From Callorhinchus milii (taxonomy: Eukaryota), in NCBI RefSeq assembly GCF_018977255.1, contig NW_024704743.1, positions 76,944,001-77,008,000 on the forward strand: 64,000 nt of DNA. The letters run 5' to 3'. Positions 23,241-34,335 of this stretch are shown piece after piece. Within the stretch, counting starts at the first letter, position 1. Every line of letters starts with the position of its first letter. The notes below the pieces were generated by a model. It ran no database searches. It saw nothing but the letters and a program-made list of their open reading frames with translations, and was not told the origin of the DNA. Made by a program: the position numbers and the translations under genes.

Positions 23241-23556
23241 ATAATAATAATAATAATCCTTGCATTTGATATAGTGCTTTTCACGTCGGGAGGACGTCCC
23301 AAAGCGCTTCACAGAACACACTGTAAAGTGAATTTGTGGGCGAACGCGGCAGCCAATTGCGCAGAGCAATGTCCCACAAACAGTCGTAGATTGAAAATGA
23401 TCAATTTATTATTGTTTTTGGTTTTTTGGAGGGATTATTATTAGGCTCTGTGTGGAGTAAGGAAACTTGCCTAAGGTTTCGCCCTCTGCCTGGAATTGAA
23501 CTCAGGTCTCTCGCTTGCAAAGCGAGTGCTCTAACCACTGAGCTACAGGACTCCAC
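23241..23556 (-). mobile_element. SINE family A, short variant
   Basis: Full head and tail; ATGATA direct repeat at 23235-23240 and 23559-23564. Confidence 0.95.
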
Positions 23557-23910
23557 AAATGATACTCGTTGTAAAAACACTTGTATTGCATTCAGTAACT
23601 CAATTGTTCTAAAAACGTGAATTGTTATGAGGATGGAACACATTTGTGTTGGTCAAGGTGAGAATGTGCTTGGATATGGAAAATGTTCCCATTTTTTATA
23701 TCTTTATCCTAGGTCAGCAAAAACACAGCCAAATTGGGATAAAACTTATTGTGTCCCGCCCCACTAATTGGAGGAGTTCTTCCCACTCAAACAAATAGTT
23801 GTTAGCTTCCACCACTGTTAAGCGCTCTACCAAGCTACCTTGCATGAAGGGTGCTATATAAATGCACGTTGTTGTTGTTTGTTTGTTGTATTGTTATTTT
23901 CCATCACATC

Positions 23911-24449
23911 ACAACAACAACAACAACAACAAGATTCCATTTATAAAGCGCCTTTCACGTCAGGAGGACGTCCCAAGGCGCTGCACAGTTGGGTCATGAC
24001 CCGAGCAGGGGGGAAATGGTCAGGGTGAGGGGAGGGGAGGGAGCGAGGAGGGGAGAAATGGTCAGGGTGAGGGGAGGGATGGGAGGGAGCGAGAAGGGGG
24101 AAGAGAGTCGAGAGGGGAGCTGAAGGCTCGGTCAAAGAGAAAGGTTTTGAGACCGGCCTTGAAGGAGGAAAGGGAGGAGGCAAGGCGAAGGCACTGGGGG
24201 ATAGAGTTCCAGAGCCTCGGGGCTGAGAGGCTGAAGACCCGACCACCGATGGTAGGGCGGTTGGGGCGGGGGACGTGGAGCAGACCGGAGCCGGAGGAGC
24301 GGAGGGTACGGGCAGGTAGGTAGGGGGATAGTAGGTTGGAGAGGTAGGAGGGAGCAAGGCCGTGAATGGCATTGTAGGTGAGGATGAGGATCTTGAAATC
24401 AATCCTCTGGGGGATGGGGAGCCAGTGGAGGCGAGCGAGGGTGGGAGTG
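23911..24449 (-). mobile_element. Young L2 3' fragment
   Basis: Reverse complement nearly identical to ~19675-20218, including the 46-bp repeats and (TTG)n tail. Confidence 0.97.
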
Positions 24450-24629
24450 GGAGGACACCAGCTATCCTTCTACCCTAGGCACCAGAGGTGAAAGGATAGG
24501 ATTCTAGCACATGCCACAACTCACTGTCTGGTAATAATATCTCAGCTGAAGGAACAATAGATGATTGGTTCCCTAAACCGTAGCTAAGGTAGAATCCATA
24601 TTAGCTTTCATGAAGGAATTAGATAAATA

Positions 24630-24840
24630 TCCTCCTTGGGTGGGGAGGTAAGCAGGGCTGAACAAGCTCCCAAATGATGTGCTTGGCAATGTGTTGTCAG
24701 AATCTAATCAGTCCTCAGTGGGAGTCTCAGTACTCCCAGCTTCTGTGGGTGTGCAGCTTTCCACGGCATAGCTGTTGACATTATAGCCAGCCTGGTTCAT
24801 TGGCAGGACTTGGAGGGACAAACCTGTCACTGGGGTCAGC
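24630..24840 (+). mobile_element. Family D fragment
   Basis: Matches the reverse complement of 21685-21905. Confidence 0.65.
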
Positions 24841-24958
24841 TGGTCTGCAATAAGGTGTGCTCCCCTGCCTAGTCCAGCTTTAGACTTGAACTGCACTTGA
24901 CTTTATCTGTTCCAGGTAACCTCACAGTTGAGATCCATCCCAAAGGAACAAGAAGCCA

Positions 24959-25274
24959 TAAATAATAATAATAATCCGTGCATTTGATATAGCGCTTTTC
25001 GCATCTTCTAGACGTCTCAAAGCGCTTCACAGAATAGACTGTAAAGTGAATTGACTGTATATTTGTGGGCAAAACACGGCAGCCAATTGCGCACAGCAGT
25101 GTCCCACGAACAGTCGTTGATTGAGGTGACCAATTTATTAATTTTTTTTTTGAGGGACTATTATCAGGTGTGTGGAGTAAGAAAACTTGCCCAAGGTTTC
25201 ATCCTGCTGGGAATCGAACCCAGGTCTCTCGCTTGCAAAGTGAGCGCTCTAATCACTGAGCTACAGGACTCCAC
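24959..25274 (-). mobile_element. SINE family A
   Basis: Full head, core and tail on the minus strand. Confidence 0.92.
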
Positions 25275-25289
25275 AAAGCATGTAAAAAG

Positions 25290-26485
25290 GGTTAGAATAC
25301 TGGGACCAATGTGAGGTTAACTGGAGCTGTGGAGAATTAAACTAATTTGGCAGAGGGAGGCAAATAAGGATGTAACATCAGAGAGGAGAAACAAGGTGGA
25401 CAGAGGACTGAAAAAACAAACAGCCTTGGAATAAAGAGTAGTCCAGAAATAGGAGGGATCAGAAAGAGGATTAAAGCAAAGCAAACTAAGGTATTTTTGG
25501 TGAGCATGCGTGTACATGAACGGATTGAGTTCCCATTCCTGCCAGCCCCAAGCACAAGTTGCCAAAAGGGGCTATGATATAGTGGCAATAATGGACACCT
25601 GGCTCAAACAAGGGCAGGAATGGGAGCTTAACATTCAGGAGTATTCATGAGGGATAGGGAATGTTTTCAGGAGGGATACTACAATGTATTCAGGAAGGAT
25701 AAGGAAGGAAAAAAGGAGGAGGGGGCGTATTGTATTGATCCAGTATTGTATCCAGTATTGATCAAAGATACTGTTACAGCCCTGGAAAAGAATGATGAAG
25801 CTAGAAGGTTATGTGGCTTAGTGATTACTATGGACCACCGAATAGTGGGAAGGAGATGGCAAAGCAAATCTGCAAGCAAATTTCAGAAAGATGTAAAAAC
25901 AATAGAGTAGTGATAATGTGGGATTTCAATTATCCTAACATAGACTGAGAAAAAACAATGTAAAGAACAAGGAGAGGGAAGAATTCCTGAAATGTGTACA
26001 GGAGAACTTTCTTGATCAGTTTGTTTCCAGCCCAACGAGGAAGGAAGCAGTACTGGATCTAGTTCTAGGGTGGGGCAAGTAGAGAGTGTGCCAGTGGAAG
26101 AGCATCTGGATAACCGTGATCACAATATCATCTGGTTTAGAGTAGTTATGGAAAGGGTTAAAAATGGAAAAATAATCCAGAGGAGAACTGGAAAGGGGAA
26201 TAAGAGAGGCAAAGAAAACGTATGAGAAAAGATTAGTGGGTTAAATAAAAGGGACACTAAAGTGTTCTATGGTGAAATTTCGAAAAAAAATCCAGAGTTA
26301 TTATATTCTGGAATGCACTGCCTGAAAGGGTAGTGGAAGCAGATTCAATAATAGCTTTCAAAAGGGAATTTGATAGGTACTTAAAAAGGAAAAAATTGCA
26401 GGGGTAGAGTGGGGTTAGTTGGTAGCTCTTTCAAAAAGCCAGCAGAGGCTGAATGGCCTCCTTCTGTGTTGTAAAATTCTATGAT
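25290..26485 (+). mobile_element. CR1 LINE relic: probable ORF1 end, APE endonuclease domain, tether piece and 3' end; RT missing
   Basis: Remnants ACVYMN, GYDIVAIMDTWLKQGQEWELNI, YNVFRKD, VVIMWDFNYPNID, PTRKEAVLDLVL and DHNII; then WNALPERVVEA and the CR1 tail. Confidence 0.88.
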
Positions 26486-26900
26486 TTGATATAACGCCTT
26501 TCACACCATAAGGACATCTGAAAGCTCTTCCCAAGATTTACTTTAAAGTTTAGTGACTGTATTTTGTAGGCAAATGTGGATGCCAATTTGCACATAACTA
26601 TGATCCATGAACAGTTATGATGTAATTGATCAATTTTATCTCGGAATTTGTTGGCCAGGATGCTGACAGAAACTTCCTTCTATTTTCAAGTAGTGGGATC
26701 TTTAATATCCATCTGAACAGGCAAATGGGACCTTGGTTTTACATATTATCCGAAAGATGGCACTTCAAACGACATATCACTCCTCAAAACAGTGTTAGAG
26801 TGTTAGGTAACTTTGTGAATTCAAAATCACAATGCAGGGTTTGGACCCACAATCTTCTGATTCTGAGGCGAAAATGCTAACAAGTGAGCCAGGCTGACAC
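26485..26900 (-). mobile_element. SINE family B
   Basis: Reverse-complement head GTGTCAGCCTGGCTCACTTGTTAGCA, body and tail. Confidence 0.8.
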
Positions 26901-26903
26901 CAC

Positions 26904-27410
26904 TTAAGTTAATATTCTGGATAAACTGTTAATATATTTCAGTTCCTGTACATTGCAGGCTGTTTAGAGAATTCTGGAGTCAGGATCTTGTTAGTGAAAG
27001 GGCACATTTGCTGTAACCTGTTGGTGTGAGACAGAGGAGCTGGGTTGTTAACTGCCTACTGGCATTGAAAAGCTTCTCTTAATACCACAGTGCAGACAAC
27101 AGATGTAATGTAGAGATAGACACAGCAGGTAGTTCCATCTGACTTTAAAATTTAAGAAAATAATTAGAATCAGGAGCTCAATCAGCGAGCTGAACATAAT
27201 CCTGCTCCACTTGAGCTCATTTCATACTACTCGTGTCTCTTCTGTCAGATGGTTGTGGATTCCAGCCCCATTTGGGGACGTGGGCTTCTATATTAGTCAC
27301 TCCAGTGCAATACTGGGGGAACACTACATTGTTGGAGGTGTCATTGGTCAGATGAGATGTTAAATCGAGGTTCCATCTGCTTGTTCAGGTGGACTTTAAA
27401 GATCCCATGA
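26904..27410 (+). repeat. Duplicated segment, copy 1 (~330 bp unique-looking DNA plus 5' part of a SINE B)
   Basis: Direct repeat of 43883-44469, including the identical run CTGCCTACTGGCATTGAAAAGCTTCTCTTAATACCACAGTGCAGACAACAGATGTA. Confidence 0.92.
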
Positions 27411-29149
27411 ATCCACTTGAAAAGAGAAGGAAGTTTCTCCCTCTGTCTTGGCTAACACTTCTCCAGATAAATTGATTATTCACGGTATGTGGAATTGATG
27501 TGGTTTCCAGTGCACAAATTGGCTGCCTTGTTCTGCTACAAAACAAAATCATTTACACTTGACAGCAATTATCCTTAAAGCACTTCGGAACAGTTCAACT
27601 TAACACGATGCTGTTACCAAATGCAAGAAATATTAAAATGTTGCCCAAGTTGGTTTTAATGCAGTTAATCCCTGCGTCTGCTCCAACGAAGTATTTCATC
27701 CCTTATTTCAAAAGGATTAATTTTATCACCAGAAATATCTTTCCTCTACCGCTGGACATATCTTTCCTCCACAACCTCAGGCTTTTAGGATTGAATCCTG
27801 CTCTGTTTCGATCAGTGATCTGATTTTCTATTGCTAACTGGATTGACAGCAATGGAACTAGTTTTGCTTGTTTTATCATGTCTAAATTAAAAATTGTGAA
27901 ACAATATCAGAAAAAGCACATTGGACACAGTTTTATTGTTAACTGAGGTGCAAAGTAGAAATTGGAAGTGAGGATAAAAGTTCACTTGCTGCTAACGTTA
28001 ATCATATTGTCATGGTAAGTTTAAAAAGATTTAAATGTTTTACCCGTGCTATTTCACCTTGTTGTTTCAAGCAGCTGTTAAAATTAGTCATAAGATAATG
28101 ACATAAATTTATTTCACATTGAAATTGACTGCAAAACCTCGTTTTGTGTGGGCTTCAAGGAGGATAACATTTCATAGGCACTAATCCTAGTACAGGTACA
28201 TTAGTTTCATGTGAATCTTGATTAGACATTGAGAAAAGAATCTTTAGGCTGAACGACAAAGGTAAATGTTTTGTTCTGAGGCAACAGGGAAAGTGATTTA
28301 CAGAAACATTTTCATTGGATTTAAGTGCTTTATTTGTTGATTTTATGTATATTAAGTATAACAAATGACGTATGTTGTGGTTTTCTGTTTAGTTTGTTCT
28401 ACTAATATTTGCATACTCGTTGGCAGTATAAAACACTCATGGGCACTTCAACCACTGTGGATGTAATGCTGTTAGGGGAGGATGAGGTGTACCAGCAGCA
28501 ACAAGATTCTCAGATAGAGAAAGAAAACTACACAAAAGGCTAAGTGGAGTTGGCACAAGCTACCTGCAAATGAGGTCTGTCAAAGATAAAGCTGTTTAGA
28601 CTTAACTGATGACAACAACAACCTACACCTTTATATAGCACCTTTCACGTAGCCTTGAAGCATTTAAATGATTAGTGTGTTTGTGATTCTTAAATTAAAC
28701 AGTGATGACCCTTTCTACCATTTTGATGATAAATGTGGAACATCCATTACTGTAAGTACAGTCTGTTCTCCACTCCCACACAAGCTTCCAACTAACCCTT
28801 ATAATCGCTGGCAGTGAGCACACTCTTCATTATAATAATAATAATAGTGCTTTGAACACTTCTACACTGTGGGGTGTTGAGGTGTTTACCAATCCATATT
28901 GATGAACAAAAAAAATCTAACAGAGCAATCATTCTGCAGGAGACTTGCTGCTATTTATAATCATTGATACATAGTTTGGATATGAAACAATGGCTGGGTA
29001 ATTTATAGTATAACTTTGCCCATGTAATTAGCACTTGTGTTCAGATCATGCCATCACTTGCTTGCTTCCTTGACCGATTTTCATTTTTGCGTGGGACTTT
29101 GACAATGTCCAGTTACCTTGATAATGTTCTCATCTGCATGCCAATGTCC

Positions 29150-29282
29150 TCATTTTGAAGTTCTTTTCAGAACTACAGAAAATTGTCTTCAAAGTTATGA
29201 CTGAATTCAGCAATTTGCCAAATTCTGCACACTTTGAAAAGCTAAGAAAATAGAGTAAATCTATATCAGGTGGAATTTCTTG
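29150..29282. mobile_element. Family E foldback element, centre and right arm
   Basis: AATTTGCCAAATTCTG...CTAAGAAAATAGAGTAAATCTATATCAGGTGGAATTTC matches the right arm of 22958-23192. Confidence 0.7.
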
Positions 29283-30714
29283 GTAGTTAAATGGTACCAG
29301 GAATGTGGTTGATGCTAATAATAAAGAAATGAACCACATCACTGTCTTCCAAAATTTTAGAATCCATGTTAAAAAGAAAGTAGAAATTGAACAATACCTG
29401 ACAGATTTGGGATTCATAAAGGCTGATATGTTTACAACAATGGACTGGAACCTGTAAACAACTCTGGTTATGTCCAAGACATCAATGCAATCCAGAATAT
29501 GTGTGCCAGAGACAAGAGTGTATGTTGATTTACTGATAAAACTGCTAACGTATTTTGGTTATGATCCTTAATGCCTTAACTCCTAATCTATCATTAACAG
29601 CCAGTTTACTAGTACTGAAATCTGACCTGCTAAGATGTAAGAGATGAGCTAAGAATTTGCCACTGGATGGTTCTCAAATGGTTATTTTACTGAGATCATA
29701 AGGAGACAATTTTAGCTTGGTTGCACTAATAATAATACACTTTGGAACAATTCCCTGATGTGAAATGCACTACATATGTGTATATTTTATATATATATGA
29801 AAATTATATTGTAATAACAGGGGTAATTTAGTGGCATATCTGATATTTACCATATCAAATATGCTTTAGAACTGAACACTCTCTCTCCCCTCACCCCCGC
29901 ACACAACAAAATTCTTACTGGTGATGTACATAAAGTCGGGTCCATGATGTTGGGCTTTGACTGCCATTTAGCAGAACACCGATTACTCTGAGGGCATGTT
30001 GAGAAAGTTCAGACAGAAGGTATTGTGCTTGAGGATTTATAAGATGCTAATAAACATAATAATAATAATCCTTGCGTTTAATATAGTGCCTTATCACATC
30101 GTTGAGAAGTCTCAACATTATTGGCATTCACATTAGAGCATATTTTATGGATATTGTGCTGATGTTATTTACATAAAAGACAATTTTATCACTGAGATGC
30201 AGCCTGCTGTTGAAATGCTGTCACTGTTACTTCAGCGGGCAGTTGAACTTGTATTATTCTCAGGGTCATAAGAGTTATTTCCTAGGTTCTCTACTGTCCT
30301 TTTCAGTTGATTTGTGTTCCTTATTACACAGTACTTTATCTCATTACTCTTTTCTAATCATTAATTCATTCATAAAAATCTGTAGTTCTGGATATTTTCT
30401 TCACTTTTTTTAAATAAACCCTCCTGGCAGTAACATTATTTTGCTCCTTAAGAATACAAGCTTCATTCGTATGTATTGTTTAAGCAATGCGTGGCTATTC
30501 ATTTCACTGAAATCTGCTTTGCCTTTGCCTTCATTTCCACCCATTATCCCCTCTCTGAGCAATAAGTCAAGACAATTTTTATAGGTCAATTGGCTCATTT
30601 TCGCTCATTAAATTTGCACACCATCTATTTCCCATCCATATCAAGTCAAAACACAAACTGAAGTTACCTCTAACTGAATGGTGCAAGCAGTGGTATTATC
30701 CTAAAATTCCAATA

Positions 30715-31042
30715 GAGGGAGCCCTATTCTCAGTTGGTAAATGCATTGTCCATTGTGTTACGGAGCCATACTCACCAGGAATGCCTAATGCTGAGTTTCA
30801 CTGATCAAGAAACGGGAAAGCTAAACCAGGAGTCCTGCTCCTTATTATTCTTTTGTGACTCCCAATACAATTCTGGTTATTCACAGAGTGAGGATAACAT
30901 TTCTAGAGTTGCATTGTGTGCAAACACTTACTGTCTTGATTCACATATGAAGAATATGCACTTAGGTGACGCACTGGAAGCCACTGACACATGGAACCAT
31001 ACCTCAGCGAGCATCAATCCCTTAAACAGAAGAGGAGAGAAT
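30715..31042 (+). mobile_element. Old SINE-like family C
   Basis: CTCAGTTGGTAAATGCA head, TCCTGCTC body and GAACCATACCTCAGC...GAGGAGAG end; related pieces at ~1110-1245, 24460-24625 and 49150-49245(-). Confidence 0.55.
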
Positions 31043-31049
31043 ATTAGAA

Positions 31050-31185
31050 GGAATATAGTATCAGGAGTAGGCCATTCATCCCTTCAAGCCTGTTCCATCA
31101 TTTATTAGATCTTGGCTGATCTGCACATCAACTTGATTTACCAGTCTTTTCTCCATATCTCTTGAATCCATTACCCAACAAACTC
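31050..31185 (-). mobile_element. CR1 3' tail
   Basis: AGGAGTAGGCCATTCATCCCTTCAAGCCTGTTCC...TTAGATCTTGGCTGATCTG. Confidence 0.75.
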
Positions 31186-31721
31186 AACCACAATTGGATT
31201 GCATGCAATGTACACTACATTGAACTTCCCAGTAAAATCAGACAATGTTTCAATGCAAACAACAACTTGACAACAAATTGCATTTATATTGCACCCCTGA
31301 TACTATGAAAGAACTCTTCACACTTCCTGCCTGTCTTGATTAACATATTCCTCAGAGATGAAAGTTCAATGGATGTATTCTTTAATTACCACAGAGGTGA
31401 GAATGAATCAGACATGTCCTGGAGGAAATGTACAGTTGAGTTCTCCCTTTTGAAGTGTGAAAACCTAAAATTCCCCAACCAACTTCTGCGTCATTTGTCT
31501 GGGTTACTGTGAGAATCTGACATTTCTTTGTTTCCTCTCCTCCCATCTCAAGACCTACTTCGATGAGAATTTAACAATTCAAAATCTGGTTGTGTAGTTA
31601 GTAACATGGGAAGGTAGGAAACCGGGATCAGGAAGAACAAAAGTAAGTAGAAAGTTCTCAACTTAATCAAGCCTGGCCTTTCTTTTCCCACAGTAAACTG
31701 GAATTAAAGTAAGTTCATGAA

Positions 31722-32032
31722 TCTTTTGGTAGGGGAATCCAGAACAAGGTGGGCATAATCTTAACATTGAACTAGGCCATTTAGGAGTGAAATTAGAAGG
31801 CAGTTTTTCACCCAAAGGGTAGTGGAAATCTGGAACTCTCTCCCACAAAAGGCTGTGGATGCTGGATCCATTGACATTTTCAAGATGGAGGTAGATAGAT
31901 ATTTTTTAGGTCAGGGTATTAAGGGATAAGGTTGGGTAACTAGACTTGAGGTACAAATCAGCCATGATCTTATAAAATGGCAGAACAGGCTTGATGGGCT
32001 GAATAGCCTACTTCTGTTTCTGTGTTTCTAAT
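31722..32032 (+). mobile_element. CR1 3' end
   Basis: Encodes RPFRSEIRRQFFTQRVVEIWNSLPQKAVDAG, followed by the CR1 3' UTR. Confidence 0.88.
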
Positions 32033-32875
32033 ATGTAGAGTAAAAAATATAACCTAAAGGATCTAGCTAACATCACCAAAGATAATATGGGTAATGCTGA
32101 ATGGAATTTGTGACTTTTAATACTGTTAAAATGAGCATTTGTGTCAAAAGTGCTATTATCTGTCAGACACTAAATTAGCTGAAAATTATCAATATAGATT
32201 GACTCATGTTATAACAAGCCTTGCTATAGCACTGGTCCTCTTATTGTGCCATCTCATTGTGGTACATTTCCTGCTTCTCATGCTACATGAGATTGCTACA
32301 TGCTAAACCACTTTGATCTCAGTTTATTTATTTACTGGATAAGAGATTTTGATTTTAATATTTCACCAATTTCACGTCCAATTAAAACAAACTCCAAGTA
32401 ATTGCTAAGACTTCCACCCTCACTCTAAATTATCCATGCAAGATGTGGAATGTGCCAGAGGGTATCTTTAGGGGTGTTTGGTTTCAGAAAATATGGGTCC
32501 GGGGCTGTATGTCAGAGGAAAGAAATGCCAGTTTCTCCAGGGAGATGAAAATCTTACCATCTATGGACCTGATGATTGAAAAGAAGCCTTTAATATGTGA
32601 GGAAGAATCATCTTCAATTTACGATCCCAGCACCAGCTCTGTATCCTAAAGAAGTAAACAAGAAAAGGGAGTTTTGTTCCCGCGTCCTGGCCAACAATCC
32701 ATCAAATAAAATTGGTCACTCTTTATATCGCTGTTTGTGAGCTGCCGCATTCGCCTACAAATTAGGCAGTCACTAAACCTTACAGTGTAGTGGGTGAAAT
32801 ACTTTGAGACATCTTCCTGACATGAAAGGCGCTGGGCAAAATGCAAGAATTATTGTTATTATTATTGAAAATAAT

Positions 32876-33125
32876 CAGGTCTTCAGCTTTTCTGCTCCCA
32901 CCCTCTGGAACTCTATCCCCGAATCCCTCTGCCTCACCCTCTGTCTCACTTTCTTCATGGTCCATCTCTTTGACCATGCTTTCAGCCAGACTCCCCACTC
33001 CTGTTCCCCCTTCCCTCCAACCCTTTTGATTCCAATCTCCAACTCAGGTGCAAACCCTTAACCGTCCAGCGCCTTGGGACATCCTTCTGACGTGAAAGGT
33101 ACTATACACATGCAACTTGTTGCTG
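32876..33125 (+). mobile_element. L2 3' fragment, preceded by a SINE B 3' part (~32660-32865)
   Basis: FSFSAPTLWNSIPESL; AGCGCCTTGGGACATCCTTCTGACGTGAAAGG tail. Confidence 0.8.
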
Positions 33126-33760
33126 TAATAATAAACTCTGCTGCCCAACTGGGAAGATTCAACAGCCTCCAAAGTGAAGAGATTAAAGTGAAAAAAATTT
33201 GAACGAGAAATGCAGGCTCCAACCAGAATGATGTGATGACTTGAGAGACGGAGTGGACAAACTTATTTTGTGGTTCAATCTCGGATCAAATCAAACATTC
33301 TTTCCACTTCCTTTCACAAGGATTCCAAACTTTAAGCTTGGAAATACTTAGTTGTGGGATAGTAAAGACCACCTCATTAGCACCTTTTTGAAAGTAAGGT
33401 CAACCATTCCCTCAAGGGAATAGGTCCATCATCTGGGATGGTATGGGTTGATCTCAGCCTTCCAGGAAGTATGGTGAATTGTTCAGCTGAGAGTTGGGCA
33501 TATGTGAAAATAGCTGCAACTCTTGACACGATAGAGGAAATCTCTGAGAGAGGAAATTGTAAATTTCAGCATTGTGCATGGACTCTGACCCAAATAGTGG
33601 ACAAGAACTGCTTTTATTATGTTGCTGACTGTAAAGACCAAGACAATGGTGATTTTTTGCACATCACAAGATTTCTCTCACTTTGGTAATGTGATCTGGT
33701 AGGACACTTGCCATTGAGTTATAAGGTTGTGAGTTGAAGCACCACGTCAGGATTTCGGAT

Positions 33761-34335
33761 TACAATACAATACAAAATTACATTTGTAAAGTGCCTTTCA
33801 CGTCGGGAGGATGTCCCAAGGCTTTGAACAGTCAGGGGTTAGTACCTGAGTGGGGGGGAGTTGGGATCAGGGAGGGTGGAGGGCAGAGAGGGTAGGAGGA
33901 TGACCAAAGGCACGGTCGAAGAGTAGGGTCTTGAGGCGTGCCTTGAAGGAGGCAAAGGAGAGAGTGAGATGAAGGGAATGTGGGACGGAGTTTCAGAGGA
34001 TGGAGGCAGAGGCTGAAGGCCTGATTGCCGATGGTGGGGTGGGCCGGGTGGGAGATGTGGAGCAGGCCGAAGCCTGCTGAGCGGAGGGAGCGGACAGGCT
34101 AATAAGGGGTTAGCAGGTCAGAGAGGTAGGAGGGGCAAAGCGATGGAGCGCCTCGAAGGTGAGGATGAGAATTTTGAATTCTATCCTCTAAGGGATGGGG
34201 AGCCAGTGGAGCTGGTGGGGGTGATGGCGTTCACGGAGCCTGGTGTGGGAGAGGACACAAGCTACAGAGTTCTGGATGATCTGTAGGTTGTGGATGGAAG
34301 AGTTGGGAACTCTGACAAGCATAGTCGAGCCTGCG
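33761..34335 (-). mobile_element. L2 3' fragment with (TTGTA)n tail, nested in a SINE B (33690-33760 and 34340-34662)
   Basis: Collinear with the reverse complement of ~19550-20200; SINE B head upstream and body/core downstream. Confidence 0.85.

Noticed and set aside
27948..28020. Plus-strand ATG|GTAAGT donor with a short open frame
   Set aside because: Only a poor GAG acceptor is available; such donors are expected by chance in 64 kb.
29113..29243. Apparent minus-strand exon with good splice signals
   Set aside because: All three frames contain stops, and most of it belongs to foldback family E.
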